The notes: generated by a model not told the origin, from the sequence alone. A stretch of DNA of 60,867 bases from Gaiellaceae bacterium (GCA_035455445.1 DATIFC010000161.1:1-60867); one strand, 5' to 3'; shown: positions 33,578 through 43,518, counted from the stretch's first letter. Numbers and translations are program-made.

Positions 33578-33621
33578 CGCCCACCCCGGGGTCGGCACTG
33601 CGTAGCGCCCACTTCGGGGTC
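33566..33621. repeat. Tandem duplication, 2 x 28 nt: GGCACTGCGTAGCGCCCAC(CC/TT)CGGGGTC
   Basis: Read directly. Unit 1 is 33566-33593 and contains the TAG stop of the ABC gene (33575-33577). Unit 2 is 33594-33621. The two units differ at 2 positions. Confidence 0.9.
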
Positions 33622-33753
33622 AGATCTTGCACTGCAACATTCGCGTGCCGAGAGCGCAACAACTCGGCCACGGCGTGGACGTGTTGGCACGCTTTCGGCA
33701 CGCCGAGTTACGCGTTCGCCGCGGGAGATGCGTCATTGCAAGATCTGACCCCG
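33615..33753. repeat. 139-nt nested inverted-repeat element (candidate structured RNA or MITE-like relic)
   Basis: The outer arms are exact reverse complements: CGGGGTCAGATCTTGCA (33615-33631) and TGCAAGATCTGACCCCG (33737-33753). The inner arms GCGTGCCGAGAGCG (33643-33656) and CGCTTTCGGCACGC (33690-33703) pair at 13/14 positions plus one G-T. GC content is lower than in the surroundings. Confidence 0.85.
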
Positions 33754-33754
33754 G

Positions 33755-33975
33755 GGTAGCTGGCCGACGTGTTGACGAAGGCATCCCAGGACTGCCCGTC
33801 GCCCGGGCGCGCCGAAGCCGAAGCCGAGCAGGTCGTCCGAGATGTCCGAAAGATCACGCGCCCGGCGCCGCGCTCGAGCGCGCCGAGGCCGATCAGACCC
33901 TCGCCGCAGCCGACGTCCAGGAGCGTCTCGCCCTCCGCGAGCGCGGCGCGGTCGATCACCGCCGTAGCGGTACAC
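33755..33975 (-). pseudogene. Relic of a class I SAM-dependent methyltransferase (motif I only, frameshifted and truncated)
   Basis: Track ORF 33708..33959 encodes ALAEGETLLDVGCGEGLIGLGALERGAGRVIF (DVGCGxG motif I). The expected continuation SDISDDLLGFG is in another frame (track ORF 33733..33975). The reading frame then runs into the inverted-repeat element. Confidence 0.35.
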
Positions 33976-34213
33976 GGCGAGCCACTTGGCCCAGATGGCG
34001 CAAGCGCTGATCTGCCATCAAGGGCCGATGCCGCGGCGGGAGCACAGGGCCCTTAGCGGCGGGGTGGGCCGGCGTCGGACTCGAAGCCCATGACCTCGCC
34101 GGTCGGGCTCAGGCCTTGCCGTCGATCATGCCGTGCGTCCGGGCGTCGTCCTCTCGGCGCTCTGGCCGCGAGCGGAAGACGCGGAGGAGCGACGCGAGCT
34201 TGCGCGGGACGGA

Positions 34214-36169
<1,956 letters not shown>

Positions 36170-36234
36170 GGGCCCTCTATCGGCACAGGGTACCAGTGAG
36201 TATGAGGATCACCGGTGCCCCGGATTGGTCGTTG

Positions 36235-36798
36235 CTAAAGCGTCGTCGGCAGGAGGTGCTCGTCCAATACGCCGACGTACGGCAGGTTCCTGTACCGCTC
36301 GGCGAAGTCGAGCCCGTAGCCGACGACGAACTTGTTGGGGATCTCGAAGCCGACGTAGCGCACGGGGACGTCGATCTCGCGCCGCGCCGGCTTGGTCAGC
36401 AGCGCGCAGACCTCGAGGCTCGCGGGCTCGCGCGACTCGAGGTTGCGGATCAGGTAGGAGAGCGTCAGCCCGGAGTCGATGATGTCCTCGACCACGAGCA
36501 CCTCGCGGCCCTCGATATTGATGTCGAGGTCCTTGAGGATGCGCACGATTCCCGAGGAGTCCGTGGCGTCGCCGTAGCTCGAGATCGCCATGAAATCGAC
36601 CTCGCAGGTGACGGTGAGGTGGCGCATCAGGTCTGCCATGAAGAAGACGGCGCCCTTGAGGACGCCGATCAGCAGCAGGTCGCGGCCCTCGTAGTCGGCG
36701 GAGACCTCGGCGCCGAGCTCGGCGACCCGCGCGGCGAGCGTCTCCTCGTCGATCAGGATCTCGCCGATCGCGGCATCCACGCTGTGCGTACTGGTCAC
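36235..36798 (-). CDS. hpt: Hypoxanthine-guanine phosphoribosyltransferase
   Basis: Inside track ORF 36235..36885, started at GTG 36796-36798 (GTGA overlap with the tilS stop). Motifs: LLLIGVLKGAVFFMADL and the PRPP loop VLVVEDIIDSGLTLSYL. Confidence 0.85.
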   Translation of the reverse strand: MTSTHSVDAAIGEILIDEETLAARVAELGAEVSADYEGRDLLLIGVLKGAVFFMADLMRHLTVTCEVDFMAISSYGDATDSSGIVRILKDLDINIEGREVLVVEDIIDSGLTLSYLIRNLESREPASLEVCALLTKPARREIDVPVRYVGFEIPNKFVVGYGLDFAERYRNLPYVGVLDEHLLPTTL

Positions 36799-37787
36799 AC
36801 GCGCCCTCTCCGAGCCCGGATTCCGGGGACGTCGACGATCCCCGGCACGGCGACGACCTCGCGCCCCCTGACCACGAGGGGCCATGCCTCTCGCTCGGAG
36901 CGCGGGATCTTCGCGTCGACGAACACGTCCTGCACCTTCTTGCGGCGGCCGGCGAGCCTGTCGCCCGGTCGCCAGCTTCGTACCTTAAGCCCTGCGAGCT
37001 CGGATTCGATCGTCCACTCGCCCCAGCAGACCCGGCCCTCGAGCGCGACGGGGGTGTGCTCCAGCCAGACACGGTCGTACTCGCGCACCGCCGTCAGGCC
37101 GCCGCCGAGGTCGACACGGCGCGAGCCGGTGCTCGCGGCGAGCAGGTCGTCGAGCTTCGACGGACGTGCCTCGGCGAGGCGCAGCAGGTTCTGCTCGGCG
37201 CCCGGGTGCAGACGGCGCAGCAACGGCAGGATCTCCTGGCGGATCAGCCCGCGTCTCGTGTGCGGGTTGGAGCTGTCGCGACGGAAGGCGAGCCCCTCGG
37301 CGCGGCAGTAGGCCTCGGTCTCCTCGCGCCAGAGCGGGAGCAGCGGACGGACGACGCCGTCCTCGCGCTTCGGCTTGATCCCGCCGGGAGCGCCGCTCGA
37401 AACGAGCCGGTAGAGCACCGTCTCGACCTGGTCGGATGCGGTATGCCCGGTCGCGCGGAGACGGTCGGCCGCGAACGAGTAGCGCAGCTCGCGCAGCGCG
37501 TCCTCGGTCGGGTTGGGAGGCGGCGAGGGCTCGACTACCTCGGCCCCGAGGACCTCGCGGCAGAAGCGCGCGTCCTCGTCGGACTCCGCGCCGCGCAGGC
37601 CGTGGTTCACGTGCAGCGCCGAGACGCGGTAGCCGAGCCCGCGCAGGGCGTGCCAGAGGCAGGACGAGTCGGCGCCACCGGAGACGAGCGCTACCACGTC
37701 GCCGCCGCGAGGAATCAGCTCGTGCGCGCGGATGTGCTCCTCCACGCGGGAGCGGAGAGCGGCGGTGTCAACGTGCCCGGCGGCCAT
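36795..37787 (-). CDS. tilS: tRNA(Ile)-lysidine synthase
   Basis: Inside track ORF 36795..37823, started at ATG 37785-37787. PP-loop VVALVSGGADSSCL followed by LHVNHGLRG. Confidence 0.8.
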   Translation of the reverse strand: MAAGHVDTAALRSRVEEHIRAHELIPRGGDVVALVSGGADSSCLWHALRGLGYRVSALHVNHGLRGAESDEDARFCREVLGAEVVEPSPPPNPTEDALRELRYSFAADRLRATGHTASDQVETVLYRLVSSGAPGGIKPKREDGVVRPLLPLWREETEAYCRAEGLAFRRDSSNPHTRRGLIRQEILPLLRRLHPGAEQNLLRLAEARPSKLDDLLAASTGSRRVDLGGGLTAVREYDRVWLEHTPVALEGRVCWGEWTIESELAGLKVRSWRPGDRLAGRRKKVQDVFVDAKIPRSEREAWPLVVRGREVVAVPGIVDVPGIRARRGRV

Positions 37788-37907
37788 CCGCCGACAGTGT
37801 CGCAAGCGACACGCATTCGTCACAGGCCCGGCACTGACACGTGCGCTCTTCCCGTATACGCTCGCCTCGGGGAGGAGGCCGGGCGAACCGTCCCTAGACC
37901 ACGTGGG

Positions 37908-38393
37908 TCAGAGGAGCGGGCGGACGTCGCAGCCGAGGTGGGCGAGCGGCGACCTGGCCCGCACGAGCACGGTGTGCGCGAAGTTCGCGAGGCCGTACGC
38001 GCGGTACATGGTGGGGCCGGCCTCACCGTGGCGCTCCTGGAGCCCGACCGCTTTCGCGTACTCGCTCAGCATCCCGATCACGAGCCGCCGCGTCTGCTGC
38101 AGGGAGTAGTCGGTCGGCTGCGAGCCGCGGACGATCTTCGCCGCGGCGCGCGCCTCGCCGACGAGGTCGTCCCCGGTCGCGTCGCCGGTCTGGTACTGCT
38201 CGCTCCAGAGCTCGAGGGCGGCCATGTTCGTCCGTGCCGTCTCGATGAACTGCCGGTCTGTCGCCGAGCAGGTGTGGACCGTGCTCGGGCGCGCGCGTCC
38301 GCTCGTCACGAGCGAGAGCGCGAGGGTGACCATGACGAGAAGGCCCGCCGCAGTAAGGCCGATTCGCCGCACGCGCGGATTGTCGGCACCCAC
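37908..38393 (-). CDS. Hypothetical membrane-anchored/secreted protein
   Basis: Track ORF of 161 aa with an N-terminal hydrophobic anchor RRIGLTAAGLLVMVTLALSLVTSG. No family recognised. Confidence 0.4.
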   Translation of the reverse strand: MGADNPRVRRIGLTAAGLLVMVTLALSLVTSGRARPSTVHTCSATDRQFIETARTNMAALELWSEQYQTGDATGDDLVGEARAAAKIVRGSQPTDYSLQQTRRLVIGMLSEYAKAVGLQERHGEAGPTMYRAYGLANFAHTVLVRARSPLAHLGCDVRPLL

Positions 38394-38420
38394 GGCACCG
38401 TCGTCGTCCCCCGTTCGGGG

Positions 38421-39203
38421 CTAGACGAAGACCAGGCTGCGATACGAGATCGTGTGGCGCATGCCGACCTTCTCGTAGACGCGGATAGCCGGCCCGTTCT
38501 CCGCGCGCACGAACAGGCAGACCGCGGGAACGCGCTCGAGCAGCAGGCGGCAGAGGTCGCGCATGCCCCGCTGCGCGTAGCCGCGGTTGCGGACGCGCGG
38601 GTCGACCCAGACCTGCTGCAGCTGCACCGCCGACGGCGTCCACGCGGAGGCCTCCGCCTTGAACATGATCGTCCCACCCTCGACCCAGAGCCAGGAGCGG
38701 CCGTCCTCGATCTGCGCGCGCGTGCGCCAGCGGAAGCTCTCGGGGTCCCGCTCGAGCGGGTCGATGCCGAGCTCTTCACGGTGCGCCTCCGCGCAGGCGG
38801 GGACGAGCAGCTCGAAGTCGTCCTGGGTCGCAGCGCGCAGCGGCGTCTCGCCGGGCTCCGGCGGCTCGTCGAGCACGTAGACGGGCTGGCCCGGCCGGTC
38901 CTCGCGCGGCCTGGGCAGCCGGTCCCGGGCGGCAGCCCAGAACTCGCCGACGGCGCTCTCCTCGCCGATCACCAGGCGCGCGCGGGTCGCGCCGTCGACC
39001 TCCGCGAACGCACCGCAGTTGGCGCCCGAGGGGACGAGGTTCGTGCCCACGTGGCAGAGCGCGACGAGGCGACCGGCCTCGGCGAGCCCGGTGAACCGCC
39101 CCAGGCCGCGCCGGGCCACGTCCTCGAGGAAGACGCGCTCGATCGGGTCCTGCGCGCAGAAGACGAGGATCTCGTCCAGCGCCGGTTCCTTCAGCGCGAC
39201 CAC
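38421..39203 (-). CDS. GNAT family N-acetyltransferase (two-domain, DUF4081-like N-terminus)
   Basis: C-terminal 260 codons of track ORF 38421..40229 from GTG 39201-39203. Acetyl-CoA motif: QVWVDPRVRNRGYAQRGMRDLCRLL. Confidence 0.6.
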   Translation of the reverse strand: MVALKEPALDEILVFCAQDPIERVFLEDVARRGLGRFTGLAEAGRLVALCHVGTNLVPSGANCGAFAEVDGATRARLVIGEESAVGEFWAAARDRLPRPREDRPGQPVYVLDEPPEPGETPLRAATQDDFELLVPACAEAHREELGIDPLERDPESFRWRTRAQIEDGRSWLWVEGGTIMFKAEASAWTPSAVQLQQVWVDPRVRNRGYAQRGMRDLCRLLLERVPAVCLFVRAENGPAIRVYEKVGMRHTISYRSLVFV

Positions 39204-39214
39204 GGGGGCAACTT

Positions 39215-39220
39215 TAGGCT
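39215..39220 (+). promoter_or_regulatory. -10-like hexamer TAGGCT (TANNNT) 7 nt upstream of the deoD-like GTG
   Basis: Read directly in the 24-nt gap between the divergent GNAT (39203) and PNP (39228) starts. No SD sequence is present. Confidence 0.3.
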
Positions 39221-39227
39221 CTCGCCC

Positions 39228-39944
39228 GTGCCGATCCACGTTCGCGCCGAGCCCGGGGACTACGGGGAGGCCTGCCTCCTCCCAGGCGACCCGCTCCGCG
39301 CCAAGTACATCGCCGAGACCTACTTCGACAACCCGGTGCAGCGCAACGGCGAGCGCGGGATGCTCGGCTACAGCGGGGAGTGGCAGGGCAGGCCGGTCGC
39401 GGTGCAGTCGACCGGCATGGGCTGCCCGTCGGCGGCGATCGTGATGGAGGAGCTCGTGCAGCTCGGCGTGAAGCGCTTCCTGCGGGTCGGCACCTGCGGC
39501 GGGCTGCAGCACGACCTCTCCCTCGGCGACCTGATCGTCGCGGTCTCCGCGGTGCCCGCCGACGGCACCGCGCGCCATTACGTCGGCCAGGAGCCCCATG
39601 TGCCGACCGCCGACTGGGAGCTCGTCCACGCCGCCGTCCACGCGGCGAAGGAGCTCGACCAGCCGCTCCGCGTGGGGGCGATCGCCTCGAGCGACACCTT
39701 CTACGACCCCGATCCCGAGCGGCACGGGCGCTGGTCGGCGCGCGGCGTTCTCGGCGTCGAGATGGAGGCGGCCGTGCTGTTCACGATCGGGGCGCTGCGC
39801 GGGGTCAAGGCCGGCTGCCTGCTCACCGTCAGCGACATCGTGATCGGCGAGGAGTTCACGCGCATCTCCGACGACGAGCTGCGCGCGGCGGTCGACCGCA
39901 TGACGCGCGTGGCGCTCGCCACCGTCACCGGCTCCTCCCATTAA
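39228..39944 (+). CDS. deoD: Purine nucleoside phosphorylase, DeoD type
   Basis: C-terminal 238 codons of track ORF 37056..39944 from GTG 39228: PIHVRAEPGDYGEACLLPGDPLRAKYIAETYF, VQSTGMGCPSAAIVMEEL, LRVGTCGG, GVEMEAAVLF. Confidence 0.8.
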   Translation: MPIHVRAEPGDYGEACLLPGDPLRAKYIAETYFDNPVQRNGERGMLGYSGEWQGRPVAVQSTGMGCPSAAIVMEELVQLGVKRFLRVGTCGGLQHDLSLGDLIVAVSAVPADGTARHYVGQEPHVPTADWELVHAAVHAAKELDQPLRVGAIASSDTFYDPDPERHGRWSARGVLGVEMEAAVLFTIGALRGVKAGCLLTVSDIVIGEEFTRISDDELRAAVDRMTRVALATVTGSSH

Positions 39945-40842
39945 GCGCAGCGTCTTCCTCGTCAACCCCGCTGCCGAGAACGGCGCGGTCGGGCGTCGCT
40001 GGCCCGAGCTCGCCCACCGGGCCGCCGCGCTCGGGCTGCGCGGCGACGCCCTGCTCTCCGAGGGGCCCGGCCAGCTCGCCGGGCTCGCCCGCGAGGCGGC
40101 GGACGAGGCCGACCTGCTCGTCGCCGTCGGCGGCGACGGCACCGTCAACGAGGTCGCGAACGGGATCGCCGGGCTCGAGGTCGAGCTCGCGGTCGTCGCC
40201 CGAGGCACCGGCTGGGACTTCGTCCGCACCTACGGGATCCCGCGGAAGCTCGAGGACGCCGTCGAGGTCGCCCTCAACGGCCGCACCCGGACGATCGACC
40301 TCGGACGCGCCCGCTACCACGGCTGGGACGGCGAGGAGCGCGAGTCGCTGTTCGCGAACATCGCGAGCGCCGGCATGAGCGGCGCGATCGCGAAGCGGAC
40401 GAACGAGACCTCGAAGGCGCTCGGCGGCAAGATCTCCTACTTCTGGGCGACGATCGCGGTCTTTTCGCGCTGGCGCAACGGCGAGGTGACCGTGCGCGTC
40501 GACGGCGAGGAGCACTCGGGACGCATGCACGACGTCGTCGTCGCCAACGGCCGCTACTTCGGCGGCGGGATGATGATCTGCCCCGAGGCCGAGCCCGACG
40601 ACGGGCGCTTCGACGTCCTGCTGATCGGCGATCTGACCAAGCGCGACCTGCTGCTGACGCTGCCGAAGACCTACCGCGGCACGCACCTGCCGCACCCCAA
40701 GGCGACGATCCTGCGAGGGGCTTGCGTCGAGGTGGAGACCCCCGAGCCGCTGCCGGTCGAGCTGGACGGCGAGCAGCCGGGGACGACGCCGGTCAGCTTC
40801 GAGGTCGAGCCGCGCGCGCTGCGGCTACGCGTCCCCGCCTGA
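39940..40842 (+). CDS. Diacylglycerol-kinase-family lipid kinase (DagK/YegS-like), probable ATT start
   Basis: Track ORF 40375..40842 is only the C-terminal half. The same frame is open from 39904 (TGA at 39901-39903) and encodes KRSVFLVNPAAENGAVG...LLVAVGGDGTVNEVANG (GGDGT motif). The only table-11 initiator upstream of this is ATT 39940-39942, overlapping the deoD TAA (ATTAA). Confidence 0.6.
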   Translation: MKRSVFLVNPAAENGAVGRRWPELAHRAAALGLRGDALLSEGPGQLAGLAREAADEADLLVAVGGDGTVNEVANGIAGLEVELAVVARGTGWDFVRTYGIPRKLEDAVEVALNGRTRTIDLGRARYHGWDGEERESLFANIASAGMSGAIAKRTNETSKALGGKISYFWATIAVFSRWRNGEVTVRVDGEEHSGRMHDVVVANGRYFGGGMMICPEAEPDDGRFDVLLIGDLTKRDLLLTLPKTYRGTHLPHPKATILRGACVEVETPEPLPVELDGEQPGTTPVSFEVEPRALRLRVPA

Positions 40843-41151
40843 GCTCTTCGGCTTGGGCTTCGGCTTCGCCTTGGCGGCCGTCGTGCGCCTGGTCGTGCCC
40901 GTCTTCCGCGGCGCCGACGAGCGCGCCTTCGAGAGCTCGTCCACCTTGCGCTCGAGCGCATCCACCCGCCGCTCGAGCGCGTCCAGCCCGCGCAGCCGCC
41001 GCTGCAGCTCGTCCGCGCGCTCCTTGAGCTGGTTCGCCGTCTCCATCAGCTTCTGCCCGCCCGGCAGGTTGAGGTCGCCGATCCGGCCGATCACGTCCTC
41101 GCCGCGCTCGGCGAGCCGGCTGATGATGTCCTGTCCGCGCTGCTCCGACAT
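40825..41151 (-). CDS. Small coiled-coil protein with Lys/Pro-rich basic tail
   Basis: C-terminal 108 codons of track ORF 40825..41952 from ATG 41149-41151: MSEQRGQDIISRLAERGEDVIGRIGDL...ADELQRRLRGLDALERRVDALERKVDELSKA...AAKAKPKPKPKSSGGDA. Confidence 0.45.
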   Translation of the reverse strand: MSEQRGQDIISRLAERGEDVIGRIGDLNLPGGQKLMETANQLKERADELQRRLRGLDALERRVDALERKVDELSKARSSAPRKTGTTRRTTAAKAKPKPKPKSSGGDA

Positions 41152-41158
41152 GCCGCCT

Positions 41159-42661
41159 TTATACCCGACCGACGCGGAACGCGATCTCGTAGCAGCCGAG
41201 ACGGTTGACCATGGGGCACGTGGAGCCGTGACGGCGCGGCCGCAGCAGGTGCGGGCCGAGCGCCGCCTCCGGCGAGGCGAAGCGGGCGACCGCGATCCCC
41301 GGGACGTCGTCGCCGTCGAAGGTGCCAAGCTCGCTCGAGGCCGGGCACGGCGCGAGGGCGTGGCCCACGCCGTCCGCGTTCCCGAGCCGGCCGAAGTCGC
41401 ACTCGCGCGTGAAGACGAAGACGCGCCACGGGCGGCCAGCGACGAGATGGAGGTCGAAGACCGGGCCGCCGCCGAAGACCTGTCCGTCACGTGCCCGCAG
41501 CAGGCCGCCGCCCCACGTCTTCCAGACGCCGGCCGCATCCACGTAGACGTTCCATTCGCCCGGAGGCTTCGAGAGCTGCTCGCCGTGCGTCGTCTCCTTC
41601 GAGCCGCAGGTCTTGCGGCCGCCTGGACAGCCGGGATCCATCGCGCGGCGCACGAGGAGCCGCGTGAAGCGCACACGGAGGTGCACGGACGTCGGCGCAC
41701 CGGCCCAGCGCGCGAGCACGCGCTGGGCGACGACGACGCGCCTGTCGTGCGGCACGGCAAGGCTGACGTCCACGCCGTTCCCGCGAGCCCGGGCCAGGGC
41801 ACGCGGCGCCCCCGCGGAGCTGCCCGCGTCCACGACGCGCACGCGCAGCCTCGCGCCCGGCCGCGGCGGGGCCGGGACGCGCAGTCGGAAGCGGTGCGTC
41901 CCGCCCACGTCGCGCCACGCAGGCTCGACCAGGAGGCAGGCGTTGAAGGCAACGGCGGCTCCCTTCGCCGTGTGCGCGCAGTCGGCCTCGACCCCGGCGA
42001 ACGTCTTGGCTCCCGAGAGGAAGAGGTCGCCCTCGCTCTCGCCGGCGGCGCTCAGGGGCGAGGGCGCACCGCCGTTGCGCTCGACCCAGAGCGCGTGGAG
42101 CGGATGGATCTCGGTGCGCTCGCCGCCTCCCGTCCAGTGGCCGCAGTCCCACACCCACGAGCCGACGAGGGCGACGCGGTCACCGGCCTCCGGCCAGGCG
42201 AAGCGCGGGATCGACCTCTCCTCGCGCTCGACGTGGACGCGGCCGGTGGACTCCCCGCGCCCGGCGAAATTGCCGCTGCGCGCGGCCGCCGAGCCGCCCA
42301 GCAGCTCGCGGTAGGCCGGGTCCGGCAGCACGTTCAGGTTGAGGTCGTAGCTGCGGTGGATCGTCGGCACGTCCTCGGGCGTCGGGTGCACCGCGAGGTC
42401 GGTCTCGTAGCGCGAGAGAACACGACCCTCGAGGCGGCGCACCGGCGGCGGCGGGCCCGACGCGGGCGCACCGCGGTCGCCGACGTATACCCAGGTCGGC
42501 GCGTTGCGCACGGTCTGCTCGATGTAGTCCCGCCCGCAGCCGTCCGGCCGCGCGTCCGTGCCCGGGTCGACGAACGCAGGCTGCCGGGCGGTCGCCGCGA
42601 GGGTCGCCGCGAGGCCCGCGCAGAGCGCGGCCGCGGCGGCGACGACGACGCGGCGCCTCAC
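41159..42661 (-). CDS. Secreted Cys-rich hypothetical protein (about 500 aa)
   Basis: Inside track ORF 41159..42769, started at GTG 42659-42661 (GTGA overlap with the L,D-transpeptidase stop). Signal peptide VRRRVVVAAAAALCAGLAATLAATA. By my count, 10 Cys in the mature part. Motifs WVWDCGHW and HPLHALWVE. No family recognised. Confidence 0.55.
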   Translation of the reverse strand: MRRRVVVAAAAALCAGLAATLAATARQPAFVDPGTDARPDGCGRDYIEQTVRNAPTWVYVGDRGAPASGPPPPVRRLEGRVLSRYETDLAVHPTPEDVPTIHRSYDLNLNVLPDPAYRELLGGSAAARSGNFAGRGESTGRVHVEREERSIPRFAWPEAGDRVALVGSWVWDCGHWTGGGERTEIHPLHALWVERNGGAPSPLSAAGESEGDLFLSGAKTFAGVEADCAHTAKGAAVAFNACLLVEPAWRDVGGTHRFRLRVPAPPRPGARLRVRVVDAGSSAGAPRALARARGNGVDVSLAVPHDRRVVVAQRVLARWAGAPTSVHLRVRFTRLLVRRAMDPGCPGGRKTCGSKETTHGEQLSKPPGEWNVYVDAAGVWKTWGGGLLRARDGQVFGGGPVFDLHLVAGRPWRVFVFTRECDFGRLGNADGVGHALAPCPASSELGTFDGDDVPGIAVARFASPEAALGPHLLRPRRHGSTCPMVNRLGCYEIAFRVGRV

Positions 42662-43416
42662 CGCCGGATCAGCACCGGCGTCCCCGCCGGCGTCACCCTG
42701 AAGATCCGGCGCAGGACGTCGTTGTGGACGCGGATGCAGCCGTTCGAGACGGCACGGCCGATCGACCACGGCTCGTTCGTCCCGTGGATCGCGATCGGGC
42801 CGCCCTGCACCCAGCCCGTCAGCACGGTCGAGTAGGCCGAGATCCCGATCGCGCCCGGGCCGAACGGGCCCGAGGGATCGGCCGGAATCAGGCGCTGGTT
42901 GACGTAGTACCGCCCGGTGGGCGTCGGGGTGGCGGGCGAGCCGACCGCGACCCTGGTCCGCAGAACCGGCCTGCCGCTGCGGAAGAGCGTCAGCCTCCTC
43001 GCGGAGAGGTCGACGAGCACGCGCGAGCGGACGCGACCCGTGCTCACCGCGGCCGCACGGACGTAGCCGGTGACGCCGTTCGGCTTGATCGGCAGCTGCA
43101 CCCGGTACCAGCGCGCGCGGCAGTCACCGGCGCGCAGGGCGGCAAGCACGCGGAAGACGGTCGGGAAGCGGTTCACGTTCAGCCGGCCGAAACGGGCGAA
43201 CGGCCGGGCACCCGGGCGCCGGTAGGCGACCGCGTGCGAGCGGACAACCGCGGCCACGGTCAGCGTCGAGCTCCCCAGCCGTGCGGGGCCGCTCTTGCAG
43301 CGTGGCGCGTCGCTGGGCGGGCGCCGGCTGGCGGCCTCGTGGGCGGTCGCGCCGAAGCCGGCGAGGGCGACGGCCAGCGGAAGCGCGAGCAACAGCCAGA
43401 GGCGGCGGCCTCTCAC
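42658..43416 (-). CDS. L,D-transpeptidase (YkuD domain), secreted
   Basis: Inside track ORF 42658..43563, started at GTG 43414-43416 (VRGRRLWLLLALPLAVALAG signal). Catalytic motif: IAIHGTNEPWSIGRAVSNGCIRV. Confidence 0.8.
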   Translation of the reverse strand: MRGRRLWLLLALPLAVALAGFGATAHEAASRRPPSDAPRCKSGPARLGSSTLTVAAVVRSHAVAYRRPGARPFARFGRLNVNRFPTVFRVLAALRAGDCRARWYRVQLPIKPNGVTGYVRAAAVSTGRVRSRVLVDLSARRLTLFRSGRPVLRTRVAVGSPATPTPTGRYYVNQRLIPADPSGPFGPGAIGISAYSTVLTGWVQGGPIAIHGTNEPWSIGRAVSNGCIRVHNDVLRRIFRVTPAGTPVLIRR

Positions 43417-43518
43417 GCCCACGAGAGTAGCCGCCCCGCTCCGTATCCGAATCGGCACAACTTGTTCACCCTTTTGTGCGTCGTATCTTCCGACGGCACC
43501 GCTACGCTCAGTCCGAGG

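Noticed and set aside
37056-39944. 962-aa plus-strand ORF as one protein
   Set aside because: Only the last 238 codons (DeoD-type phosphorylase) are recognisable. The remainder is antisense to tilS, a hypothetical gene and the GNAT gene.
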